This document shows positions 29,270 to 40,065 of a DNA stretch of 64,000 bases, one piece after another; the stretch's first letter is position 1; each line of letters begins with the position of its first letter. The position numbers and the translations under genes were made by a program. Source of the stretch: a bacterium (GTDB taxonomy: Bacteria > SAR324 > NAC60-12); NCBI GenBank assembly GCA_965209155.1, contig OZ242383.1:1696001-1760000 (forward strand), written 5' to 3'. Under the pieces are notes generated by a model that worked only from the letters and a program-made list of their open reading frames with translations, searched no databases and was not told where the DNA came from.

Positions 29270-29466
29270 GCCCCTGACGCGAACTCACATGTGCCTGTGA
29301 GCAAGAAAAGGCACTTGGGGCTCAGGAAATGGGCCAATTGCTTTTGCAGATCAAAGAGCAAGTAGACAGGCCGAAGCCAAAGGACGTGAAAACGATCGAT
29401 CTTCCCCGGGAATCTTTCATAAAAGATTGGTAACCGAACGGGTCTTTCAGAGACCTGAATAGTGAC
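29270..29466 (+). mobile_element. Degenerate IS66 remnant with right end
   Basis: One frame reads RELTCACEQEKALGAQEMGQLLLQIKEQVD (IS66 TnpC-like); 29381-29466 resembles 8503-8586 and 63114-63197, ending AGAGACCTGAATAGTGAC. Confidence 0.6.
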
Positions 29467-29467
29467 G

Positions 29468-29508
29468 ATTATTGATTTTATAAATTAAATTTCAACTCCT
29501 GATTCGTA
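29468..29508 (+). mobile_element. Right-end fragment of MITE family A
   Basis: ATTATTGATTTTATAAATTAAATTTCAACTCCTGATTCG matches the end of 4201-4387. Confidence 0.7.
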
Positions 29509-29645
29509 TTATTTGCAGATTAAAGTTGAATTGTGAGCTATAGTTCTATGCTGGGGGTAGGAATTTACGGACGATCATAATTGTTTTCCGGGAAGAATTT
29601 GCCAGGAAACAAAGTAAAGAAATACTATGTAGGGAGAATTTGCAT

Positions 29646-30383
29646 ATGAAACTGAATGGACAGATAGCTATCGTAACAGGCGCCGGACGAGGCATTGGGC
29701 GAGCCACGGCGCTTGCCCTGGCCCAAGAAGGGGCCAATCTGGTGCTGGCAGCACGCAGCATCAGTGAGATCAATGCCGTTGCGGACGAAATTCGGGACGT
29801 CGGACGGGAAGCCTTGTCGGTTGCGACAGACGTATCCAGGAAAGCGGACGTCGATTCCATGGTTCAGAAAGTCTTGGACCAATTTGGAAAAATCGACATC
29901 CTGGTGAACAATGCGGGAGTAACGAAGCCCGATGCAATTCCCAATGTTCTCGAGGAGGATTGGGACCTGATCATCAACGTCAATCTCAAAGGAGTTTTTC
30001 TATGCACACAGGCAGTGTTCAGTCATATGTGTCAGCAAGGTCGCGGACATATCATAAACGTTTCTTCTCTGGCAGGTAAATATTTCCCAAATAAGATGGC
30101 GGCTTACGGTGCATCCAAGTGGGGGGTTGTCGGATTGACGGGTATCACTCACGAAGAAGGCAGTCGCCATGGAGTGAAAGCGACTCTCGTTCGTCCCGGG
30201 CCGGTTGACACGAAAATGCGTCGTGATAACCATGATGACGATTTGACCAAACTGCCACAACCGAGTGATGTAGCGGATGTGATTTTGCTGGCGGTCACGC
30301 AACCCTGGCGCGCTCATACTCCGGTCTTTGATGTATACTCAACTGAAGATTCGGGAGGCAATGATCCAATCACTGAAAACTGA
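29646..30383 (+). CDS. SDR family NAD(P)-dependent oxidoreductase
   Basis: VTGAGRGIG, LVNNAG, NVSS, YGASK, PGPVDT. Confidence 0.92.
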   Translation: MKLNGQIAIVTGAGRGIGRATALALAQEGANLVLAARSISEINAVADEIRDVGREALSVATDVSRKADVDSMVQKVLDQFGKIDILVNNAGVTKPDAIPNVLEEDWDLIINVNLKGVFLCTQAVFSHMCQQGRGHIINVSSLAGKYFPNKMAAYGASKWGVVGLTGITHEEGSRHGVKATLVRPGPVDTKMRRDNHDDDLTKLPQPSDVADVILLAVTQPWRAHTPVFDVYSTEDSGGNDPITEN

Positions 30384-30396
30384 TTCATTTCCTGTT

Positions 30397-32973
30397 TCAG
30401 GTGGTCTGGAGCAGCTTTAAGGGTTTTTGTTTGAGAAGTCGATGGGTGGCCAGCAACGCGGTGCCGATGCTGAGGAGACTGATCCCCACAATACTGAATA
30501 GGGACATATACCAGGAAAAACTCCAGATGCGCTCAAAAACTATATAGGAGATCACAAAGGACATACCGTTACTGAGGAGCACTCCAAAAATGGCGGCAAA
30601 AAGTCCCAGAATGCCGAATTCTATTTGAACGATGGAGCGCACATCCTGGAAGCGGGCACCGAGCACTTTCAAGAGATTTATTTCCCAAAAACGGTTTTGC
30701 ACTTCATAGCGAGCAATCGAAAACAAGACCACCAACCCGGCGAGAATAGAAAGGTAGGCCATCACCCGAATGGCCCAACTGATTTGATCTGTAATGTCCA
30801 GTATCCGAGAAACTATACGGGAAACATCGAGTACGGAAATATTGGGAAATCGTTGCACGATACCGTTTTGCAAGGCCAATTTGCGATTGGAACTGACGTT
30901 GGAGATCCCCGCCAGGAAAATTTTTGGAGCGTCTTCCAGAACTCCTGGTTGGAAAATTATGAAAAAATTGGGCTGAAAGCTGTTCCATTTCACTTTTCTC
31001 AAATTGACCACTTTCCCCGTGATGGGGACGCTTTGTACGTCAAAGGTCAATTCATCTCCGATTTTCAGTCCCAATTCTTCAGCAAATTCTTCCTCCAATG
31101 AAATCTCGGGCAGGGACCCCGAATCCCAATCGTATTGAGGGGCGAAAGGTTTTCCTGCCACGTAGGATTCGGAGTCATTCAACTCTGCGCGATATGACAA
31201 ATTGAAACCACGATTCCTGAATCGTTCCTCCCTTTCTCTCTCTCGCGTCATGACTACGTTATTCGATTCAGAACCAAAGGTTGTCTGGTTGACTGCTTCC
31301 AAACGAGCACGAATCATGGGAGAGAGATAAGACAACTGATAATTTTCTTCCTCTAAGTAGTTTTGCAACAAAGGCACTTGTTCCGGTTGAATGTCAAAGA
31401 GAAAAAAACTCGGGACTTTGACATTCTCGGGTTGTGAAATTTCTTCCTGCAATCCCCTTTGTATCTGGGGGATCAAGTTGATCAATAAAGATCCCAATCC
31501 GATGGCGAGAAAACAAGAAATTGCTCCCAATTTATTGCGATTGAGATTCCTCAGGGCAATTTTAGGCGTCACTTTTTGACGATGTGAAAGTTTGCCGCAA
31601 ATGGTCAGGACTTGCCATGCAACCAATCCCAACAACAAAAGTGATCCAAGAAACAAGGTGACAAAAAGACTTCCTATGATCCAGGAATGCGCCTGCCAGA
31701 TAGCCAATGCCCAATAAACCAGTAATGCTGGCAGATAACTCAAACTTTTTCTCACAACGGTGCGACGATCCTCGAGAGCAGGGATGACATTTTCATGAAA
31801 CAAAGCGACAGGATTGAGATTGTAAATTCGCACCAGGATAGGCAAACAGCAGATCACGCTACCTAAAGTGCCCATGAATAATGCCAGCAACAAAGTGCTC
31901 CAGCCCATGGAGCTGACAAAGCCCTTGGGGAGGAAATTCTGCAAAAGCGTGGGCAGCAATGGGAGCAATAGAAAGGCTAAGAAACTGGAAAGGGCAGCAC
32001 TGATCAATCCAAGGATCGTGATTTGAATCAAGCTCATCAAATACGCATTTTTGCGAGTCGCACCCAGACTGATGAGGATGGCCATTTCCCGAAAACGACC
32101 GGTGAGGAAGCTGCGAAATAAATATGCCGCGCCCACTCCTGCTAAAAACAAAGCAATCAAGGCAACCAATCCCAAATAGTCATTCAGGTAACCCAAAACT
32201 CGTCCCAATTGTTGACTGGCATCGATATGAGTGTCTACATCAATTTTTGGAGATCCGGGATAGAGTTCATTCAGCCGTTCTTGCAACTCGTTTTTCACGG
32301 ATTCCACGGAGACACCCTTCGGCAATTTATAATATCGCTCGTAATGGATGCGACTTCCGGTTTGCACCAATCCAGTGTCTGCTATCTGATTAATGCCCAC
32401 GTATATGGTGGGAATGCCTGCCAGAAAGGCAACCGTACTGGTCGGATCTTCCAGAACCGTGTCCGCGATGTCAAATGTCGCCTGACCGATTTTGATTGCA
32501 TCTCCTTCATTGAATTCAAAGGCAAGCATCAAATCCCGGGCAAGCCAAGCTCCTTTTTGAACGAGGAGCGGTTCCCGCGCCTTCTTGTCTTTGAGGGACC
32601 CCTGCTTTTCCAGAATTATATCTCCATAAAGGGGATAATTTTCATCAATCCCAATGATGCGGACCATGCGGGAATTTTGATTACCTGCAACCATTGAGAT
32701 GAATTGAATTTGCTCCGCAGTCTCCACCTCCGGACCGAGGGTTTGGGCAAACACGGCAAGTTCCTGCTTGGTGAAGGGTTGATTGGAACCCACGCTCAAG
32801 TCTGCAGTGAGGATATTTTTGGAATTCTGCTCCAAGTGTCGATGAATGGAAGTTTTGAATGAATCCAGCGCAATAAAACCAATCAGTCCCAGGGTGAGAT
32901 TGATTACAAAAAAAAGACTGAAACGAGAATTGTTACGAATCTCCTTGAGCGCCATCCTGATCCAAAGACTCAT
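30397..32973 (-). CDS. ABC transporter permease, YbbP/FtsX-like
   Basis: Two FtsX-type TM blocks, YPLYG, PSFFLFDIQP.Q, R+VKWNSFQPNFF. Confidence 0.88.
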   Translation of the reverse strand: MSLWIRMALKEIRNNSRFSLFFVINLTLGLIGFIALDSFKTSIHRHLEQNSKNILTADLSVGSNQPFTKQELAVFAQTLGPEVETAEQIQFISMVAGNQNSRMVRIIGIDENYPLYGDIILEKQGSLKDKKAREPLLVQKGAWLARDLMLAFEFNEGDAIKIGQATFDIADTVLEDPTSTVAFLAGIPTIYVGINQIADTGLVQTGSRIHYERYYKLPKGVSVESVKNELQERLNELYPGSPKIDVDTHIDASQQLGRVLGYLNDYLGLVALIALFLAGVGAAYLFRSFLTGRFREMAILISLGATRKNAYLMSLIQITILGLISAALSSFLAFLLLPLLPTLLQNFLPKGFVSSMGWSTLLLALFMGTLGSVICCLPILVRIYNLNPVALFHENVIPALEDRRTVVRKSLSYLPALLVYWALAIWQAHSWIIGSLFVTLFLGSLLLLGLVAWQVLTICGKLSHRQKVTPKIALRNLNRNKLGAISCFLAIGLGSLLINLIPQIQRGLQEEISQPENVKVPSFFLFDIQPEQVPLLQNYLEEENYQLSYLSPMIRARLEAVNQTTFGSESNNVVMTREREREERFRNRGFNLSYRAELNDSESYVAGKPFAPQYDWDSGSLPEISLEEEFAEELGLKIGDELTFDVQSVPITGKVVNLRKVKWNSFQPNFFIIFQPGVLEDAPKIFLAGISNVSSNRKLALQNGIVQRFPNISVLDVSRIVSRILDITDQISWAIRVMAYLSILAGLVVLFSIARYEVQNRFWEINLLKVLGARFQDVRSIVQIEFGILGLFAAIFGVLLSNGMSFVISYIVFERIWSFSWYMSLFSIVGISLLSIGTALLATHRLLKQKPLKLLQTT

Positions 32974-33629
32974 ACGAATTTGCCTTTCTGAAGAATATGC
33001 TTGCGAGAGCAGCGATCGGCCAGGTGCTCGTTGTGAGTGACGAAGAGAAGCGTCATTTTTGTCGATTGGACCAGGTTAAAAAACAAATCAGCAATATGTT
33101 CTCCTGTCTTGTTGTCTAAATTCCCGGTCGGTTCATCTGCAAGTAACAAAGCGGGTCGGACGACGAGCGCGCGCGCGATGGCAACCCGCTGACATTCTCC
33201 GCCACTCAACTGGTGGGGAAAATGATCCTCACGGTGTTCCAGTCCCACTTGCTGTAGTGCTTCCCGGGCTTTGCCGAACGCGTTCGGGTCATGGCTGAGA
33301 TCTAGTGGCAATGAAATATTTTCCAGTGCGGTCAAATGGCTCATCAGGTGAAATTGCTGGAATACGATTCCAATGTTTTGAGCACGGAATTTTGAAAGCG
33401 TTTCTTCATCCATTTCATGCAGCTTTTGTCCAACCAACTGAATAAAACCAGAAGTTGGCTGGTCCAATCCGGCCATCAACGAAAGCAAAGTCGATTTTCC
33501 ACTTCCGGATTGACCCACAATGGCCACGGTCTCCCCCATTTCCATGGTGAGGTTGATTCCCGTGAGGACTTCCACGGGTTTGACTGACGTTTCAAAGGTT
33601 TTGATCAATTCGTTGACTTGTAAGATCAT
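32970..33629 (-). CDS. ABC transporter ATP-binding protein, YbbA/LolD-like
   Basis: GQSGSGKST, LSGGECQRVAIARAL, LADEPTGNLD. Confidence 0.93.
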   Translation of the reverse strand: MILQVNELIKTFETSVKPVEVLTGINLTMEMGETVAIVGQSGSGKSTLLSLMAGLDQPTSGFIQLVGQKLHEMDEETLSKFRAQNIGIVFQQFHLMSHLTALENISLPLDLSHDPNAFGKAREALQQVGLEHREDHFPHQLSGGECQRVAIARALVVRPALLLADEPTGNLDNKTGEHIADLFFNLVQSTKMTLLFVTHNEHLADRCSRKHILQKGKFV

Positions 33630-33720
33630 AAAAATAATAAGTAGAAAAAAATCGGAAGAATTTATCTACAACAAGATTTGACCCGCTAATTCCAGCATCT
33701 CGAGTTGAGTAGTAAAAGAA

Positions 33721-34359
33721 TCAGGATTTTGGCAGTAAGGGTAAAAGATTTTCTAAAACGTGCCTGGCAATTATTTGATGCCCCCTGGAATTGGGATGAA
33801 TGCCGTCTGGCAAGTTCATTTCGGGGCGGGCTGCCACTCCATCCAATAAAAAAGGGATGAAGGGGATCTTGAATTCTTCAGCAAGCTGCGGGTACACGGC
33901 TTCAAATTCTTTGGTATACTGAATTCCGTAGTTAGGTGGAATCTTGATACCTGCTAATACGACCTGGATATTGCGCTCCAGGGCCAATTTGATTGCCATT
34001 GCCAGATTTTTTTTCATTGCCTGGGGATCCAAACCACGCAGTCCGTCGTTGGCGCCGAGCGCTAAAACCAGAATGGTCGGTTTAATACGCAAATACCATT
34101 TCACGCGGGAAAGAGCACTAGCTGAAGTGGATCCACTGATACCGGCATTGATTACTTTAATATCTTTGTATCCTTTCGCTTTCAGGGCCTGTTCAAAAAG
34201 ATAAGGAAAGGCTTCTGATTTTTCCAGTCCATAGCCCTCTGTCAACGAATCTCCCAAAAAAACTATCGTCGTGGTCGCCTGAGCGATCCCGAGTGTTCCC
34301 CCTGTTAAAATGAGGCCCCATACACCCAGTAACAACAGAAATAGTAACTTCAGATTCAT
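33721..34359 (-). CDS. tesA: Arylesterase / acyl-CoA thioesterase I (SGNH/GDSL)
   Basis: GDSLT.GYG, NAGISG, LGANDGLRG, DGIHPN; adjacent to ybbAP-like pair. Confidence 0.88.
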   Translation of the reverse strand: MNLKLLFLLLLGVWGLILTGGTLGIAQATTTIVFLGDSLTEGYGLEKSEAFPYLFEQALKAKGYKDIKVINAGISGSTSASALSRVKWYLRIKPTILVLALGANDGLRGLDPQAMKKNLAMAIKLALERNIQVVLAGIKIPPNYGIQYTKEFEAVYPQLAEEFKIPFIPFLLDGVAARPEMNLPDGIHPNSRGHQIIARHVLENLLPLLPKS

Positions 34360-34479
34360 ATTGACGCCATTATCATTTAAATTGTAATTCTCCAAGAAGT
34401 GAGGGAGTATGTCGGGATTTCTCCTACCCTCTTGACAGAGGTTATCATAGCAGGAGTATCTAATTTATTGGAAACGAAA

Positions 34480-34666
34480 TGCGAATCAGGATTTGAAATT
34501 TAATTTATAAAATGAATAATTTACTAATTATGATGTGTCATGCTGGTCCCGGATCATCCTGGACTGGATCCGGGACCAGGATGATACGGCATCCAAAATA
34601 TCGCCCGTATCCCCCTGGATTCCTGGTCAAGCCAGGAATGACACGTTTTTGAACTCCTGATTCACG
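34480..34666 (-). mobile_element. MITE-like element family A (reverse orientation)
   Basis: Reverse complement closely matches 4201-4387; ends TGCGAATCAGGA / AACTCCTGATTCACG. Confidence 0.8.
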
Positions 34667-34934
34667 TAAACGAATCAATTTTATAGTATCCCCTTGTGGA
34701 AATAAAGGGTCATGTCGGATTTCCTCGATACGATTGATTTTTTCATGGATGGCGGGCTGAGATCTTTTCGCTGACGTATAAATTTGTATCAATTTGTATC
34801 ACTAACTGCAGAAACAGGTCGTCGGATCTCATTCTAGATATTCTGCGGTATCAACCGACTTTACAAGCGACGAAAAAATTTGTAATAATAAGGAGAACTC
34901 TCATGACGTGCTGTGTCTTTTGCAACAACCGATT

Positions 34935-36107
34935 ATGAATATCAAGACAAACAAACAGACCGGGCCTTTAGTTGGTTTGAAAGTGCTGGAATTGGCAGGC
35001 ATAGGTCCCGGTCCACTCTGCGCTATGTTACTTGCAGACATGGGTGCCGATGTGCTCCGCATTGACCGAAATAAACCCTCCGGATTGGGAACCCCCCGTC
35101 CTGGTAAATACGATCTACTGCGCCGTAACCGACCTTCGGTATCAGTTGATTTAAAAAACCGGGGAGGAGTCGAAACGGTCTTGCGGTTGATCAGTGACGC
35201 CGATGTAATGATAGACCCTTTCCGTCCGGGAGTGACTGAAAAACTGGGTTTGGGTCCACAAGAATGTTTCTTACGCAACAAGAGGCTGATTTATGCGCGG
35301 ATGACGGGATGGGGACAAAGCGGTCCACTTTCCCACTCAGCCGGCCACGATATCAATTATTTAGCGCTCACCGGAATCTTGCATGCAATTGGTCCCAAAG
35401 AAAAACCCGTTCCTCCATTAAACGTGGTAGCCGATATGGGGGGAGGTGGTATGTTTTTGGCATTTGGAATTCTGGCTGCTGTCTTTGAATCCCAACACTC
35501 GCATCAAGGGCAGGTTGTCGATGTCAGCATGACCGAAGGTGCCGCTTACCTGGCAACCGGCAACTTTGGGTTGATGGCAGCAGAACAATGGACGAACCAG
35601 CGTGAAGATAATCTCCTCGATGGCGGAGCCCATTTTTACGGGACTTACGAAACAAAAGATGGTTTGTTTATCTCCCTCGGTTCCATAGAAGCCAAATTTT
35701 ATCAACTTCTTTTGGAAAAACTGGGATTGGACTCCGAGGAATTGCCTGCCCAAATGGACCGGAGCCATTGGCCGATGATGCGTGAAAAATTTACAAAAAT
35801 TTTCAAGACCAGAACCCGGAGTGAGTGGTGTGAGATTCTCGAAGGGAGCGATGTTTGTTTTGCCCCCGTCCTCTCTTTTGAAGAGGCATCCAGGCATGCT
35901 CACAATCAGGAAAGAAACAGCTATGGAGAAATTGAAGGTGTGATCCATCCCAACTCAGCGCCGAAGTTCAGTCGAACCCCTTCCTCTTTGTCTGCTAAGG
36001 TTCCTGCTTATGGTGAGAATACGGCAGAAGGATTGCGTGCTTGGGGATTATCTGAGGAAGAAATCGAAAAATTGAAGGCAAGCAAAGCTATTGGCTGGCA
36101 AGGTTGA
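34935..36107 (+). CDS. CaiB/BaiF CoA-transferase family (alpha-methylacyl-CoA racemase-like)
   Basis: GPL.GLKVLELAGIGPGP, FRPGV.EKLGLG, AGHDINY, DMGGGG, NLLDGGA.FY. Confidence 0.92.
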   Translation: MNIKTNKQTGPLVGLKVLELAGIGPGPLCAMLLADMGADVLRIDRNKPSGLGTPRPGKYDLLRRNRPSVSVDLKNRGGVETVLRLISDADVMIDPFRPGVTEKLGLGPQECFLRNKRLIYARMTGWGQSGPLSHSAGHDINYLALTGILHAIGPKEKPVPPLNVVADMGGGGMFLAFGILAAVFESQHSHQGQVVDVSMTEGAAYLATGNFGLMAAEQWTNQREDNLLDGGAHFYGTYETKDGLFISLGSIEAKFYQLLLEKLGLDSEELPAQMDRSHWPMMREKFTKIFKTRTRSEWCEILEGSDVCFAPVLSFEEASRHAHNQERNSYGEIEGVIHPNSAPKFSRTPSSLSAKVPAYGENTAEGLRAWGLSEEEIEKLKASKAIGWQG

Positions 36108-36152
36108 ACTTGATTTTAATCTCGAGAAATAAATAAAGACCGGAGCCCCTGT

Positions 36153-36956
36153 TCAATTTTCGCAAGTTCCTAAATCCCCAAAAAGAAATTGCAACAGAGA
36201 AATAATGGCAATCACTGCTGTTTCACTGCGTAATGTCCGGGGACCCAACGAAAGCTTTCGCATACCAAAGTGGCAGGCTTGTACCATCTCCTCCGGATGC
36301 AGGCCACCTTCTGGTCCCACGATTACGCGATGCTTCGGTGCATCAGATTGCTTCAATCGATGTAAATTCATAATGGGAAAAGATAATGAATCAGGTTGGG
36401 GAGATAGCACCCATTGATAAGTGCAAGGTGTCAACGATGAAAGCACCTCCTGCAAGCTGTTAAAAAATAATATGTCAGGAGGTAACCGGCGTCCACACTG
36501 TTTACATGCTGCTTGCGCAATTTTCTTCCAACGTCGTAGAGTATTTTCATGATTGGAGGCTTTGAGGGTGCGTGGAGAATAGCATGAAGAAAATATCAGA
36601 ATCCGGGTGGCTCCCAATTCCGTCGCTTTTTGAATGATCCAGAACAAAGCCTTTTCTTTGGTTATGGCAACGATGAGGTCCAACTGCAACGGAGATGGAA
36701 GAAGAGGAGAGAGTTCTTTCAGCACCTGAAAATCGAGCACAGATCGCGAAACACTCTCCACGACGGCTGAAAAATGTCGGTGTTCTTGATCTTGAATTTC
36801 AAAAATTTCCCCAACCCGGACACGTCGGGCATGGAGAAGGTGCCGGGCTTCTTCTCCAGTAAGCCGATTTTTTTGTCCTGCTATCAACAGGCCGTTAAAT
36901 AAAAAATATGCCACCTTACTTCCATTCCCGATCTTGACACACCCATCATTCCGCAT
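36153..36956 (-). CDS. rsmE: 16S rRNA m3U1498 methyltransferase
   Basis: QKATELGA, AC+QCGR, VGPEGG, LGPR.LRSETA; start uncertain. Confidence 0.92.
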   Translation of the reverse strand: MRNDGCVKIGNGSKVAYFLFNGLLIAGQKNRLTGEEARHLLHARRVRVGEIFEIQDQEHRHFSAVVESVSRSVLDFQVLKELSPLLPSPLQLDLIVAITKEKALFWIIQKATELGATRILIFSSCYSPRTLKASNHENTLRRWKKIAQAACKQCGRRLPPDILFFNSLQEVLSSLTPCTYQWVLSPQPDSLSFPIMNLHRLKQSDAPKHRVIVGPEGGLHPEEMVQACHFGMRKLSLGPRTLRSETAVIAIISLLQFLFGDLGTCEN

Positions 36957-37035
36957 TATTTTGTAAGGATACTCTCTCCAGGAAAAATCACGATCATCCG
37001 TACGTGCTCACCTTACATTCAAAGACGACAAGAGT

Positions 37036-37470
37036 ATGACAAAAACCGTATTGTTACTCAATGGTCCGAATCTTAATTTATTGGGTATTCGTGAACCCGA
37101 CATCTATGGAAATACGACACTTTCTGAAGTAGAAAAGAAAATCTTCGCTTTTTTCAAGAAAAAACAGATCACGTGTCGAGCGTTTCAATCCAATTCGGAA
37201 GGAGGAATGATCGATTGGCTGCATGGGAATCAAGACGCTGATTTTTTATTGATGAATCCGGGAGGGTTCACACACACCAGCATTGCACTTCGGGACGCAA
37301 TACTGGGAATTCAAATCCCTTTGATTGAAATCCACATTTCCAATATTTTCAAACGAGAGCCCTTTCGAAAACATTCTTATTTTTCTGATATTGCCATAGG
37401 ATCGATAGTTGGACTGGGAATACAAGGTTACGAATTGGCAGCTCGGGCTAGTTTAGATTATTTACGATAA
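37036..37470 (+). CDS. aroQ: Type II 3-dehydroquinate dehydratase
   Basis: LNGPNLNLLG.REP.IYG, QSNSEG, NPGGFTHTSIALRDA, E+HISN+.KRE.FR. Confidence 0.97.
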   Translation: MTKTVLLLNGPNLNLLGIREPDIYGNTTLSEVEKKIFAFFKKKQITCRAFQSNSEGGMIDWLHGNQDADFLLMNPGGFTHTSIALRDAILGIQIPLIEIHISNIFKREPFRKHSYFSDIAIGSIVGLGIQGYELAARASLDYLR

Positions 37471-37471
37471 A

Positions 37472-40063
37472 TTGCTTGTGTTCACATTCCGGCTTGTTCT
37501 GATAAGCGTGTTTTTTTGGGGGAATATCACGATTCCTCTCGTAGCCGCCCAGGGGATGTCGGAATTAAAAATCGAGACCCAGTCGTATTTAATTGATGGC
37601 CAGACTTACAGTGCTGAAAACGCCACATTGACCTGGGCTGACATCACGGTAGAAGCCGGGATCGTTAGTTTTGACTTGGAAAGCAAATCCCTTGTTGCCA
37701 GCAACTTCGTAAGATATACGGATTCTCGGATCATTGCCATTTTAGATCGCTTGGAACTCGATTTGAATACCCAACAAGGGATCTTCTATAATGTGGCTTT
37801 GTATGATGCCGCCACACAAGCATTTTTAACTGCAAAGGAAGCTCGCAAAATCGGCAAATTGCGGTTTGTTGCAAAAGATTGCTCCTTCACTACCTGTGAC
37901 CCACAAAACCCTGTCTGGAAGATTCAAGGCGCGCAAGTCAATTATCAGGGAGAAAATTTTTCTTCGGCCCAAGGAGTCAATTTACTGATCCAAGGTATTC
38001 CGGTCTTTTATTTTCCTTATCTCTTCTGGCCCACGGTCACAAAACGCCAAAGTGGATTTTTAGCGCCTTCCTATGAAGTCATCTCCAGCACGGAAGAAAA
38101 ATTCAACTTGGGCTTTAAATTTCAATTTCCTTACTTCTGGAGTATTGCTCAAGATCAAAATCTCACCATGACGGCAGATCTCATTGAAAACCGTGGTCTT
38201 GGAATCGGGATTCAATATGAATATGCCTTCGCAAAAAACTCAAGAGGAGAATGGAACATCTGGGCAACGCGAGAAAATCAAAGACGTGACCCGGTACAAG
38301 AGAGTGGGCGACTGAAAGCGAAGGATATCACCGATTTCCCGTTGCAACCCATCCGCTATAAACTTCAATTCAAGCATAACCAGAATTGGGGAGAGCGGAC
38401 TCAATTTTTCCTCATGGGTCAGATTTTTAGTGACAGTCAATTCCAAAGGGAATATGAACAAGTGCGTGAACCCAATCCAAATTATTCCCAGGACCTCAAC
38501 CTGGGTCTCTCCTATCAATTTGAGTCGGGAAACGTCAGTTTTCTCATTGACCGGGAGTTGGTGTTTGAAGAAGTAGCTCTTTTCAATCGAAATATCATTG
38601 AAACCCGGGTTCAACGTCTGCCAGAGATTTCCTTTAATTACAGCGACGATCTCTTTCAGGTTCCGCTCACTTTTGAATTGGAAGGTGTGCTCACCCGTTT
38701 TCACCGGGACAAAGGTTTGGTTGGATGGCGAGAAATTTTCATCCCCGGTCTACGCTATCGCTTTGAGCTTTTTAACGGAGTCAATGTGACGTTCAGCCGG
38801 AGCAAACGATTGTCATACTACCAGGCTTATAACCCCGGAATGCCCGTAATATACGCGGATGGTAAACTGGCATTGGGTTCGCGTGAATATCGAGAAATTT
38901 TTCATGGTATAGATATCGGCGATGCGGAAGTGAACACAACGTTTTCCCGAGTATTTGTTTCAGAAAAGGGAAAATTCAGTCACCTCAAGCACCTGATAAC
39001 CCCTCGTCTGATATTTGAAGCGATTGCGGACGTCAATCAAGAAGAGACCAGGTCTTTGATTTTACCAACATCGAGGAATCCTGACCCGGCGCCTGTTGAT
39101 TTTTTTGATAGAGAGGATAGCTTGCCCGGCATGCGATTGCTCACTTTACGACTCGATAACCTGTTCCTGGTCAAAAGACATTCGCAGGCAAGAGAGGTCA
39201 CGCTCCCGGAGTATTCCATTGATCAATTGAAAAACCGGATGAGCGAGAATATTTACGATCGGTTGCAAGCGTTGGTCGATGAGAAATTTTTTTCGGAAAC
39301 CGCTTTTTTGTTGCAATTAAGAACGTTGTTTTCCAATAAACTCACTGTGAAACAGGAAGAACTCATTCTCTCGTATCTACAAAAAAGCGTCCGCAGCCCA
39401 GGTGAAAATTCAGTGAGAGATTCTGGTCGAGAGAGCAAAAGTAGCATACTTTCCCGTTTGAATATCATCCAACGGATAAATCTTTTGCGGGAAGATAAAA
39501 ACTTCGTTCCAAAGGGTCCGCAGATCGAAGATCAGGAAACCGAACCTGGAGAAGCATTACTTCCTTTGCAAATTGAAGGGCAATTGAATCCTGATCCCCG
39601 GTTTTCAATAGATTTTTTTCTGCGATATGGTTATCAGGCTAAACGAGTATTGGAATCAAAAGCGAACCTTAACGTCCGGATCAGCGCCAGCAATCGGGCG
39701 CAAATTCAATTTCACAACAATGAGTCCGCCTATCGCACACCAAAAAATGTGTTTCATGATAAAACCAATACCCTCAGCTTCGGCAGTATATTTGAAGCCA
39801 GGGACGATTTGTCTTTCGGGTTCAGTGGGAAACTCAATTTGAATAACTCTGATAAAAATGTCTCAGGTCGACGCTTAATTGAAGACTCATTTTTTATCGA
39901 CTATCGTCCGAATTGTTACACCATCAGTCTCGTCTTCAAAGAATTGGTAGAACGCACCGTTACCAGTAGTGGCGAACGAAAAGAAATCGTTGATCCCTCC
40001 ATCACCCTGAAAATCTCCCTCGGTGAGGTATTGCCATTACCGCGACAAAAATTTCAACTATAA
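37472..40063 (+). CDS. lptD: LPS-assembly protein LptD
   Basis: FTTCD...P.W, P+FYFPY, KRQSGFL.P, QRLPE, H++.P, C-terminal C in RPNCY; TTG start. Confidence 0.75.
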   Translation: MLVFTFRLVLISVFFWGNITIPLVAAQGMSELKIETQSYLIDGQTYSAENATLTWADITVEAGIVSFDLESKSLVASNFVRYTDSRIIAILDRLELDLNTQQGIFYNVALYDAATQAFLTAKEARKIGKLRFVAKDCSFTTCDPQNPVWKIQGAQVNYQGENFSSAQGVNLLIQGIPVFYFPYLFWPTVTKRQSGFLAPSYEVISSTEEKFNLGFKFQFPYFWSIAQDQNLTMTADLIENRGLGIGIQYEYAFAKNSRGEWNIWATRENQRRDPVQESGRLKAKDITDFPLQPIRYKLQFKHNQNWGERTQFFLMGQIFSDSQFQREYEQVREPNPNYSQDLNLGLSYQFESGNVSFLIDRELVFEEVALFNRNIIETRVQRLPEISFNYSDDLFQVPLTFELEGVLTRFHRDKGLVGWREIFIPGLRYRFELFNGVNVTFSRSKRLSYYQAYNPGMPVIYADGKLALGSREYREIFHGIDIGDAEVNTTFSRVFVSEKGKFSHLKHLITPRLIFEAIADVNQEETRSLILPTSRNPDPAPVDFFDREDSLPGMRLLTLRLDNLFLVKRHSQAREVTLPEYSIDQLKNRMSENIYDRLQALVDEKFFSETAFLLQLRTLFSNKLTVKQEELILSYLQKSVRSPGENSVRDSGRESKSSILSRLNIIQRINLLREDKNFVPKGPQIEDQETEPGEALLPLQIEGQLNPDPRFSIDFFLRYGYQAKRVLESKANLNVRISASNRAQIQFHNNESAYRTPKNVFHDKTNTLSFGSIFEARDDLSFGFSGKLNLNNSDKNVSGRRLIEDSFFIDYRPNCYTISLVFKELVERTVTSSGERKEIVDPSITLKISLGEVLPLPRQKFQL

Positions 40064-40065
40064 AC

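Noticed and set aside
29036..29365. 109-aa ORF after higB
   Set aside because: No recognisable product; overlaps an IS66 remnant read in another frame
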